Below, one piece after another: positions 25,315 to 33,628 of a stretch of DNA of 57,535 nt. The position numbers and the translations under genes are program-made. The notes below the pieces were generated by a model. It was given only the letters and a program-made list of their open reading frames with translations, searched no databases and was not told the origin of the DNA. The DNA lies in the IMG/VR virus record IMGVR_UViG_2974546594_000001, positions 1-57,535 of that record; one strand, given 5' to 3'. The DNA is from a virus (lineage: Duplodnaviria; Heunggongvirae; Uroviricota; Caudoviricetes; Ackermannviridae). The stretch's first letter is position 1. Every line of letters starts with the position of its first letter.

Positions 25315-25461
25315 CTACACTGCCCACAGCAGTGCGGACGAACCTTCACTCAAAACCGGATGCGCCGAAGTGGGCAACTGTTTACCGGACTGATCGGGTA
25401 GACCCAGGAGAGAGCAGGTAATCCCGATCAGGAGGATGAGGAGTAACATCATGTAAAACAT
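25315..25461 (-). CDS. Putative 48-aa hydrophobic peptide
   Basis: GGGAGG SD; MFYMMLLLILLIGITCSLLGLPDQ... Confidence 0.45.
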   Translation of the reverse strand: MFYMMLLLILLIGITCSLLGLPDQSGKQLPTSAHPVLSEGSSALLWAV

Positions 25462-25518
25462 AGTGTTCCCTCCCTTCCATGCAACTAACTTTACTACAAT
25501 TATTTATTGAATAAAGCG

Positions 25519-26088
25519 TTATTTTAACACTTCTAACTTCACAACACGACGCAGAAGGTAAACATATTCGCCAGCAGCTTCATGCGTCATATAATGGGTA
25601 GAAGGTGTGGAATGATTGTTCTGGGTTTCTTTTAATCCAACACGTTCTGCCCAACCATTAATAGAGTTCCCATAGAAACCGATAATCGCGCCAAAATAAA
25701 TGCGCTGGCTTTCTGGCTCTAAAACATAGTTGACAGTGAAGCAAATATCAGAACGAATAGACTCCAGTTTCATACCAACACGACCTTCGGAGAATTCGTT
25801 ACGAACATATAAATGACGGAAACGATCGCGCCGCGCTTGTGATGATTCTTCCAATTCTTGTCGGAGTGAAGAAGTTACGTCAATATTAAATGAAAATGTT
25901 GGATTCTGTAAATCGGAACGGGCCAACTCTAACGCAGATTCAACAACGCGACGGAAATTGATACTTTTACCTGTCAGGCGTTTCACTTCATCTGTGATTG
26001 TTCCAAAAGGGATTTTCGTGGCGCGTTCCCCTTCGTATTTTGCCAATAAAGGAATAATGTGTTTCATGATTGCTGTGTTAATGTGCAT
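25519..26088 (-). CDS. Hypothetical protein (189 aa)
   Basis: GAGG SD, perfect TTCAAT-N14-TATAAT upstream. Confidence 0.75.
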   Translation of the reverse strand: MHINTAIMKHIIPLLAKYEGERATKIPFGTITDEVKRLTGKSINFRRVVESALELARSDLQNPTFSFNIDVTSSLRQELEESSQARRDRFRHLYVRNEFSEGRVGMKLESIRSDICFTVNYVLEPESQRIYFGAIIGFYGNSINGWAERVGLKETQNNHSTPSTHYMTHEAAGEYVYLLRRVVKLEVLK

Positions 26089-26116
26089 TCCGGAGCCTCA
26101 CCGAATTGATTAAATG

Positions 26117-26150
26117 TCTCCATTATTATATTGGAGATACGTTTATTGAA
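26117..26150 (-). promoter_or_regulatory. TTCAAT-N14-TATAAT promoter with TCTCCA/TGGAGA stem around the -10
   Basis: Exact consensus. Confidence 0.8.
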
Positions 26151-26404
26151 TATAAACACAGGAATGGCCAATAAAATAATGACAGTGATTATTAATAGGT
26201 AAAAACTACTTTTCTACAACATCAAGAAACTGTATCTTAACGCGGTGCCCTTCGAGTTGTGAGTGTTAACGAACAACGAGAAGCAGCCTCCATGGCTGCG
26301 GAATGGGACTGCCTGTCAAGGCGGTGTTACGAGCGAGGGCGTCAGCCCCCTCGCGAGTATATTCGAATAAATTAAACGCGCGCGAGCGTTTTGATTCCCG
26401 TTGG

Positions 26405-26447
26405 CTAAATATCTTCAACACCATATTCAAACTCAGGTGATGGAGAT
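26405..26447 (+). promoter_or_regulatory. Late promoter CTAAATA with anti-SD hairpin
   Basis: ATCTTCA-a-CACC / GGTG-a-TGGAGAT covers GGAG. Confidence 0.7.
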
Positions 26448-26451
26448 TATC

Positions 26452-28233
26452 ATGGCCACGCAAACAGTTCCTTCACTCGACGTCAGAGCATTTGAATACA
26501 TTATTAAACAGCGAATGAAAGCTGATCCCACCTTTAAAGATTATGACTTTGAAGGTTCTGGTCTTAGTGCGATTATTCGTTTGTTGGCATCTGACGCGAA
26601 CGCCATAGCCTTTATGCAAAACATGCTTAATGGTGAAGGCCATTTGAAGACAGCAAATCAACGTTCAAACGTCGGTTTATCTGCTGCATTTCTTTCCTAC
26701 ACGCCTGACAACTATCGGGCAGCATACATGTATGTCAACATCAAAGTTACGCCTTATGACGCCAGCACAGCCCCCAATGAGATCATCATGGATCGGCGCG
26801 TAATGTTCGTTGGGGCAAAAGACGGCAGTTCCTACAACTTTACTGTTGAGAAACCAGTGTCGGCAACGTTGACTGCAGACGGTTATTACATGTTCAACAA
26901 TGTAAAGTTGGTACAGGGGAATTGGTTGTACAAGACATATGATGTTGAAGGAAGCGCGATTTCAACATATACGATTCCTTCTGGGAATGTCGATATCAAT
27001 CATATGGTCGTGCAAGTACAAGAATCAGAGTCTTCCGACGTTTCGACGACATATCAACGTTACAACAGTCCATTTGATCTGAGCCAATATGCTTACCTGT
27101 ATTTCGTAGAATTGGGTATTGACGGTCTGTATGTGTTTGAATTCGGGGATGGTTATCTTTCGCGTCGAGTAGAAGATGGGAACGTCATATTCCTTCAATA
27201 CTTGGAAACTTCTGGTGCTGATGGGAATGATATCACAAGCCTGTCATCAGCGTCATCCATAGGCGGGTTTAACCAGGTCGACGTAGAATTGGTTTCCGAA
27301 CGTAGCGCAGGTGGAGACGATCCGGAATCTATTGAGGACACTAAACGGTTGGCTCCTTTAGCTTATCAGGCTGATGGTGCTGCGGTTACAGAAACAGATT
27401 ATGGTGTATTGACTGAAAGGTTATTCTCCAACGTCTCCCGAGCTAAATCATATGGTGGTGACACGCTGTCTCCTCCTGATTCTGGCTATGTTTACATCGC
27501 TGTTATACCTTCTGTTGGTGAGACACTTTCGGACGCTGAGAAGGCCGATATCGTTGCTGCTCTGGACAAGTATAATGTGGGATCTATTACCCCCAAAATA
27601 GTAGACTCCGAGATCACATATATCCAAGTCTCAACGACTATATTTTGGGATCCTACTTCTACAGTCTACGTTGAAGAACAGATGAAAGTTGTTGTTGGAA
27701 ACAGTATCGTTAAATGGGGTGAAAATAATCTCGGCGGATTTGACCAATTGTTTGACAAAGAAATATTGCAGGAAGCAATTACAAAAATGGAACGTTCTAT
27801 CAACTCGAATATTACTTCAGTTGGTTATAAACGCCATTTTAAACCTGATTATGGAGTCTTAGACAGTTTCACATTCAGTTATGGACGAAGTATCAAACCT
27901 GGTTCTGTGAAAATAACGGGGTTCAAACCGCTTCCTGCCGAGGTGGATTTCACTTACTACATGCGCGACAATAATGGCGATTTGAACATGTATAAAGTGA
28001 ATAACAATGACACGACAAAAGAGTTTTTAGTTCAAAAAACAGGGGTTGTGGATTATGCAAATGGGGTTGTAGACCTTCAACAGATCACGGTCTCCAACTA
28101 TAACCCTGAAGGGGTGACCATAGTCGTGTTACCGGATGGACTGAACCAGAACATACAGGCTACACAAAACCAAGTATTCAAGATTGGTGATGTGGTTGTT
28201 ACGCCAGAGGTGCGCTATGTCCAAAGATCTTAA
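26452..28233 (+). CDS. 6: Baseplate wedge subunit (T4 gp6-like), 593 aa
   Basis: F.DYDFEGSGLS, RAVT-like AAVTETDY, YGG, GYVYIAV; real start MATQ. Confidence 0.9.
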   Translation: MATQTVPSLDVRAFEYIIKQRMKADPTFKDYDFEGSGLSAIIRLLASDANAIAFMQNMLNGEGHLKTANQRSNVGLSAAFLSYTPDNYRAAYMYVNIKVTPYDASTAPNEIIMDRRVMFVGAKDGSSYNFTVEKPVSATLTADGYYMFNNVKLVQGNWLYKTYDVEGSAISTYTIPSGNVDINHMVVQVQESESSDVSTTYQRYNSPFDLSQYAYLYFVELGIDGLYVFEFGDGYLSRRVEDGNVIFLQYLETSGADGNDITSLSSASSIGGFNQVDVELVSERSAGGDDPESIEDTKRLAPLAYQADGAAVTETDYGVLTERLFSNVSRAKSYGGDTLSPPDSGYVYIAVIPSVGETLSDAEKADIVAALDKYNVGSITPKIVDSEITYIQVSTTIFWDPTSTVYVEEQMKVVVGNSIVKWGENNLGGFDQLFDKEILQEAITKMERSINSNITSVGYKRHFKPDYGVLDSFTFSYGRSIKPGSVKITGFKPLPAEVDFTYYMRDNNGDLNMYKVNNNDTTKEFLVQKTGVVDYANGVVDLQQITVSNYNPEGVTIVVLPDGLNQNIQATQNQVFKIGDVVVTPEVRYVQRS

Positions 28234-29071
28234 TAATGGACACAACGGGGTTAAGTATGAAACTCCGTTGTTCTACCAGAATGATTTCCCTCTGTTCATA
28301 GAATTTATGGACACGTTCTTCAATTGGTTGTATAGACAGCAGGGGTTTACTCAAGAAGAGATCTTGGCATATCTGGCAGATACGTCTAGTTGGATGAATC
28401 CTGAGAGTGAAGATTCTCCAGTTAAGCAGCTGATTGATTTAAAGGCTGACAAGACCCCAGGCTCAGAGGCCAAGGATTATTTGTCAGATAAATTTTTGGT
28501 CAGAACATTTGAGAACATGATGGCTCTGGATGCCGAAGAACTTTTAGATGCCGACGGAAGGCCGCTACTGTCAATAGAAGATAAGAACAAACAGATAGAT
28601 GACTGGTATAATGATTTTGGTTTCCAACGAACTGTTGATAAATCATTTCAGGAATTTGGTCATTTTATCCCAGTTGGTTCGGATTCTTTATTGACGGCCA
28701 CGGGCGATACGTTCTCTGTTTATATCGAAGGAACGAAACGGAGAACTCTGGATCATCCGCGTTGGCTGAAATTATTGAAACACATCTATAAAATACGTGG
28801 AACAAAGAAAGCGATTGAATTGTTCTTTTGGATATATTTCGGTTGTCCAGTCAGCGTCTATTTTACGAAAGAAGACATAGGCGGTCTGGACGGAAATTTT
28901 GAATGTGACGGCACGACAGGGATGCGTGATGATTACTATTATGATGAATACACTTATGTTATAGGAGTCCCAGGCGACGTATCTGATTTTGAAGGTGTGT
29001 TTGAGCGCGTCTTCCGTCAGCATTTTCATCCTGCTGGATTTACTGTATTCCTAGAAAGCACAAGGAGCTAA
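28217..29071 (+). CDS. Baseplate wedge subunit (gp7-like, short)
   Basis: P.FY..DFP.FIEFM, YKIRGTKKAIELFF, HPAGF; follows gp6. Confidence 0.6.
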   Translation: MSKDLNNGHNGVKYETPLFYQNDFPLFIEFMDTFFNWLYRQQGFTQEEILAYLADTSSWMNPESEDSPVKQLIDLKADKTPGSEAKDYLSDKFLVRTFENMMALDAEELLDADGRPLLSIEDKNKQIDDWYNDFGFQRTVDKSFQEFGHFIPVGSDSLLTATGDTFSVYIEGTKRRTLDHPRWLKLLKHIYKIRGTKKAIELFFWIYFGCPVSVYFTKEDIGGLDGNFECDGTTGMRDDYYYDEYTYVIGVPGDVSDFEGVFERVFRQHFHPAGFTVFLESTRS

Positions 29072-29073
29072 AA

Positions 29074-30264
29074 ATGGCCGATTTCCTGAGTCAATATACA
29101 GGTCAGCAGATAGATCAGATATTGGGTTCTGTTGACGACAAAGTAAGTAAAAACGACGTCATTGATGATTTTGAAGTCAGCGACCCATTGTTTCCACCGT
29201 CTGCTCGCCTGACATACGAGTTGAAAAGATCTGTTGACACAATCAATGATACTCTGGCCAACAAAGTTATTCGGACAGATAGTGGTGAACAAACAATCAA
29301 TGGCAAAAAGACTTTCAATGCGTTGTTGGTGACCAATGGGGGCATACAAGTTCCCGCCGGAAAATCCGTTTCAATCACAGATGAACCAACGAACTCGACA
29401 GATGGTGTTAACCTGAGTATGTTGAGAAAGCATGGCGTCAGTGAAGACACTACCCCGCCTGGTTCTGGTTTGGCTGGGGAGTTGTTGACATCCGGATATT
29501 ACAAATTCAATTTGGATTTCACCAGATTGTCTGCGTATACCGGACCAACGTTGCCGACTTCAGTTCCAGTACAAACAAATTCTGGAGCGCGTTATTGGAC
29601 AATGACTGCATTTTTTGATGCGTTGTTTGCAGACAACCGATTTAATGGATATGTGACAACGACAGCGTATGACGCAGATATGCTGAGTCTAGAGTCCCAG
29701 ATTAATAACATCAACACGTCGTTGAACGGGAAAGTCAACACCTCGACTTATAACACTAAGATGGCGTCATTGGATTTGAGTATCTCCAATATCAATACGT
29801 CTCTGGGTAATAAAGTCGAGGTCAGCACGTACAACACGAAGATGACATCTCTGGATAACAGCATCAGTTCTCTTTCCAGTGATAAAGTTAGTGTATCAAC
29901 GTATAATGCCAAGATGACCTCTATCGACAATAGTTTGGGGAACGCCGTTTATCGTACCAAAACGAATTTGTCGTCATACACGGTTTCGGCTTCGGGAACG
30001 ACGGCTCTTCCAGATTTTGATTTGGTAAACCTTTGTCAAATACTGGTAACTGCGCAATGGGGTACAGGAGATGTCGTAGACACATATCGAGTAACCATAA
30101 CTCGTGACGGAACGATCAAATCAGAGTTGTTGGTTCAGAAAAGTACGAGCGGTACAGTGACGTTCACAGGGGCTGTTGTGGGTGGCAAATTGAGAATTTC
30201 CGTTGTTAATGCAAATACAACAACCGCTTGTTCTGTCGATTATTCTATTACAGCTTCTTTCTAA
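29074..30264 (+). CDS. Baseplate-associated fibre/coiled-coil protein (396 aa)
   Basis: YTGQQIDQIL, QTINGKKTF fibre motif, three STYN.KM.S.D repeats. Confidence 0.6.
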   Translation: MADFLSQYTGQQIDQILGSVDDKVSKNDVIDDFEVSDPLFPPSARLTYELKRSVDTINDTLANKVIRTDSGEQTINGKKTFNALLVTNGGIQVPAGKSVSITDEPTNSTDGVNLSMLRKHGVSEDTTPPGSGLAGELLTSGYYKFNLDFTRLSAYTGPTLPTSVPVQTNSGARYWTMTAFFDALFADNRFNGYVTTTAYDADMLSLESQINNINTSLNGKVNTSTYNTKMASLDLSISNINTSLGNKVEVSTYNTKMTSLDNSISSLSSDKVSVSTYNAKMTSIDNSLGNAVYRTKTNLSSYTVSASGTTALPDFDLVNLCQILVTAQWGTGDVVDTYRVTITRDGTIKSELLVQKSTSGTVTFTGAVVGGKLRISVVNANTTTACSVDYSITASF

Positions 30265-30266
30265 AA

Positions 30267-30306
30267 CTAAATACCCCTAGATGACATGAATACATTTAGG
30301 GGTATT
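30267..30306 (+). promoter_or_regulatory. Late promoter CTAAATA with anti-SD hairpin
   Basis: AATACCCCTA/TAGGGGTATT perfect 10 bp, ATG 4 nt later. Confidence 0.8.
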
Positions 30307-30310
30307 ACAA

Positions 30311-33300
30311 ATGGCCAACAAACCAACACAGCCTCTTTTCCCTTTGGGTTTAGAAACTTCTGAGTCTTCGAACATAAAAGGCTTCAATAACTCCGGCACC
30401 ATAGAGCATTCCCCTGGTGCAATATTGACGTTCCCTGAAGATACTGAAGTTGCAGGTCTTCCATCTTCTGTACGTTACAATCCTGATAGCGATGAATTTG
30501 AAGGTTATTACGAAAACGGTGGTTGGTTGTCTTTGGGGGGCGGTGGAATACGCTGGGAAACGCTCCCTCACGCTCCCTCTAGCAATTTGTTAGAAGGTCG
30601 CGGCTATCTCATTAATAATACCACAGGGACATCTACAGTGGTTCTCCCTTCCCCTACGCGTATTGGGGATTCCGTTACTATTTGTGATGCTTATGGAAAA
30701 TTCGCCACTTACCCATTGACTGTATCTCCAGCGGGAAATAACCTTTACGGCTCCACCGAAGATATGACGATATCCACCGATAACGTGTCGGCGACTTTCA
30801 CTTGGTCTGGGCCTGAACAAGGTTGGGTTATCACATCTGGTGTTGGCCTCGGCCAAGGTCGTGTCTACAGTCGCGAGATTTTTACACAAATTTTGGCGTC
30901 TGAAACAAGCGCTGTCACTCTCAATACTCCACCAACAATCGTGGACGTGTATGCTGACGGAAAACGTCTTGCGGAATCCAAATATTCACTAGATGGGAAT
31001 GTGATCACTTTCAGTCCTTCTTTGCCAGCCAGCACAGAACTTCAGGTGATTGAATATACTCCTATTCAATTGGGTAATGGCGGTGGTTCTGGTTCTTCTA
31101 CGATTACCTGGGTCTATAATGGGGGGTCAGCGATTGGCGGTGAAACCGAAATCACGTTAGACATCGTTGTCGATGATGTTCCGGCTATTGATATAAACGG
31201 AAGTCGACAGTATAAAAATCTGGGGTTCACATTTGATCCATTAACCAGTAAAATCACTCTTGCGCAAGAACTGGATGCAGAGGATGAAGTTGTTGTAATT
31301 ATCAATGGAACGCCAAACATCTATAATCAAATTGATTATACTTTGCGGGAAGTGGCTCGTGTAACCAATGTTAAAGATACAGAGGTCATTTATTTTAGTG
31401 TTGGTGCTGTGTTAAGTGGATATAAAGTTATCTATGATAAAGTAACACAGAGATCATATTTTATTCCAGAGCTACCGACTGGAACCACGGCAGTCAGCCT
31501 TAGTTCTTCGGCTGTGCTTGTACATTCTGCTGGTAGTGTTGATCTGGGCGCATTAGCTGTATCTCGTGAAGAATATATTACATTGTCTGGGACATTTGAT
31601 TCTGGTGCTGTCATCAATACTAAAAATGAATTACTCACCCACACGGATGGAAAGTATCGTTGGGATGGTACACTTCCTAAAACCGTTGCTCCTGACTCAA
31701 CTCCTGAAACATCTGGTGGCGTTGGCTTGGGTGCTTGGGTTGGTGTTGGTGATGCAACTCTGAGGAGTGATTTGTCTAAAGATAATGGTGCACTATTAAT
31801 AGATGGTGGCGCTATTACAGAATTTAAGAAAGAGTTTAAGTTCTTAAGTGTCGGCACTGTTACTAATGATCGTCAAGCGGTTAAGTACACAGATGGTATG
31901 TGGTATATATGGGGTGGTACTTATCCACGGGATATAACAGTCACCACACCTGCTACTGATACCAACTGGAAATGTGTGGGATTACTGAATGGCTACCCAG
32001 TCAATGACGCCAGAAACTTTGGCTTCGTCAGCGGCATGGCTAATGCTCTGCCTGCACTAAATGCGATGATTCGTAGCCCATTCTTCAAGATGTTCTTCCC
32101 TATGGGTAGCACAATCAACATTGCTGATAAATGGGCTATGCGCTCATTTGTTGATATCGATTTCAATGGCTCAACTATCGATTGGAAAGGGGCAATTCTT
32201 GATAGCTCGAATAAAGCAACCGGGTATGATCTTAATGTAATACATACAAATGACTATCAAGGTGGCACTGTAGGAAGTTATGAACACATATATCTCCGTA
32301 ATTTTAACATTAAAGGAAATGATGTGGGTAACGGAGTAAACTTACGAAATGTTACCCATTTCAAGTTAGAAAACTTTACTGTTGATAAATCACAACGCGC
32401 TGGGGTTAACATTAGCAACTGCCATTTTGGTGTTGTAACAGGATTTCATCTTACAGATTGCATTGCCCGCTCAGACCTCGGATTTACATCCACTGAACTT
32501 GAGGCATGGTCTGATGGTATGACAACCTGGTACGGAAGCACTGAAATAGAAATATCAAATGGCTTGATTGAGGTGCCAGATACTACCAGGGGTGGCAGAT
32601 GTGGTTATGTAGTAGACGGATACGCCCCACCAGGAAACCCAACAACACACAGCATCAAGATTACAAATCTTACAGTATCAGGGTATGATAGGCCAGTTCA
32701 CACTGAATTTAGTAGAAACGTTACATTTGAAAACTGCCGATTTAGTTATCTGTCCACGGATAAACATCAGAACCTAAAATGTGCAGTGGCAGTATGGAAT
32801 GTGTATGAGCCAACAGTTTTTATAAACTGCTACTTCTACACCCAGGAACGATTCATGCTGACAGAAGGTGCACTTGCTAAATTTTACAAATGTAAGATTA
32901 TAAAAGATATTGAAACAAGTTACATGTTCTTTCCTGGTGGTGGGGGGCAGAATGGTGTTATCGAATTTGATTCCTGTGAGTTCTCCCAAAGAGGTGGGAC
33001 ATGGGGCATGTATAATTGCACATTTAAATTCTACAACTCCACTTTATCATCTGATACTGCTAGTCTTATGGACTTTGGTACAGAAACAGCATCTAGGAAC
33101 TTAGAGTTTTACTCATGTGGTTTAACTAACATCGAGATAAGCGGAAACCTAGCTAAATCTGGCTCGCTGATTATTCTTGATGCAACTAATTCGGGTAGTA
33201 ATGTAAATACAGGACCCAATGCAACATTATACGTAAATAACAGCAATCTTTTTGGTGAGGTAACTGCAAACACTGTAATGCGGTACAACGGTCAACTTCC

Positions 33301-33526
33301 GAAAGTATTACACTATCTTCAGAATGTTAACCAGCAGTACAATGGAATGTGGCTTGGTACTGGTAAGCCTGTTGGCGCTAGACCTGACGGTACAGGAGAT
33401 TGGTTGCGCGGTGATAAGATAATTAATCTTGATGCCACAGAATCAAACCCTTACCTATGGCAGTGCGTGACGGCTGGAACGCCTGGCAGATGGTCTGTTG
33501 CTGGTTCTTTAGGTGCAGGTTCTTAG
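30311..33526 (+). CDS. Tailspike TSP4 (baseplate-anchoring hub, beta-helix depolymerase)
   Basis: MANKPTQPLFPLGLE N-terminus as in CBA120 TSP4; XD/TD modules; beta-helix; W.RGD...W.CV.AGTPG.W C-terminus. Confidence 0.9.
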   Translation: MANKPTQPLFPLGLETSESSNIKGFNNSGTIEHSPGAILTFPEDTEVAGLPSSVRYNPDSDEFEGYYENGGWLSLGGGGIRWETLPHAPSSNLLEGRGYLINNTTGTSTVVLPSPTRIGDSVTICDAYGKFATYPLTVSPAGNNLYGSTEDMTISTDNVSATFTWSGPEQGWVITSGVGLGQGRVYSREIFTQILASETSAVTLNTPPTIVDVYADGKRLAESKYSLDGNVITFSPSLPASTELQVIEYTPIQLGNGGGSGSSTITWVYNGGSAIGGETEITLDIVVDDVPAIDINGSRQYKNLGFTFDPLTSKITLAQELDAEDEVVVIINGTPNIYNQIDYTLREVARVTNVKDTEVIYFSVGAVLSGYKVIYDKVTQRSYFIPELPTGTTAVSLSSSAVLVHSAGSVDLGALAVSREEYITLSGTFDSGAVINTKNELLTHTDGKYRWDGTLPKTVAPDSTPETSGGVGLGAWVGVGDATLRSDLSKDNGALLIDGGAITEFKKEFKFLSVGTVTNDRQAVKYTDGMWYIWGGTYPRDITVTTPATDTNWKCVGLLNGYPVNDARNFGFVSGMANALPALNAMIRSPFFKMFFPMGSTINIADKWAMRSFVDIDFNGSTIDWKGAILDSSNKATGYDLNVIHTNDYQGGTVGSYEHIYLRNFNIKGNDVGNGVNLRNVTHFKLENFTVDKSQRAGVNISNCHFGVVTGFHLTDCIARSDLGFTSTELEAWSDGMTTWYGSTEIEISNGLIEVPDTTRGGRCGYVVDGYAPPGNPTTHSIKITNLTVSGYDRPVHTEFSRNVTFENCRFSYLSTDKHQNLKCAVAVWNVYEPTVFINCYFYTQERFMLTEGALAKFYKCKIIKDIETSYMFFPGGGGQNGVIEFDSCEFSQRGGTWGMYNCTFKFYNSTLSSDTASLMDFGTETASRNLEFYSCGLTNIEISGNLAKSGSLIILDATNSGSNVNTGPNATLYVNNSNLFGEVTANTVMRYNGQLPKVLHYLQNVNQQYNGMWLGTGKPVGARPDGTGDWLRGDKIINLDATESNPYLWQCVTAGTPGRWSVAGSLGAGS

Positions 33527-33532
33527 TAAAAA

Positions 33533-33621
33533 CCCCGCTTCGGCGGGGTTTTTATTATACCTTTGTTCATAAATTTTATTAGTTCAGACTAAATACCCCA
33601 TATTGGTCATCCTTTATGGGG
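33533..33621 (+). repeat. ~89-bp intergenic cassette copy 1 (terminator + late promoter + anti-SD hairpin)
   Basis: Near-identical to 35769-35857. Confidence 0.9.
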
Positions 33622-33628
33622 CATTATC

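Noticed and set aside
21449-25401. ORF-track ORFs in the RNA island (e.g. 21918..22214, 23557..23784, 23741..23950, 25084..25401)
   Set aside because: No SD, mostly non-ATG starts, overlap tRNA-like structures and read as T-loop translations (GFESP, GSNPS)
21207-25500. tmRNA or CRISPR array/Racr in the non-coding island
   Set aside because: No Ala-type G-U acceptor with tmRNA termini or tag ORF; no regularly spaced direct repeats; fragments such as GGGGATAAG are too short to be I-E repeats
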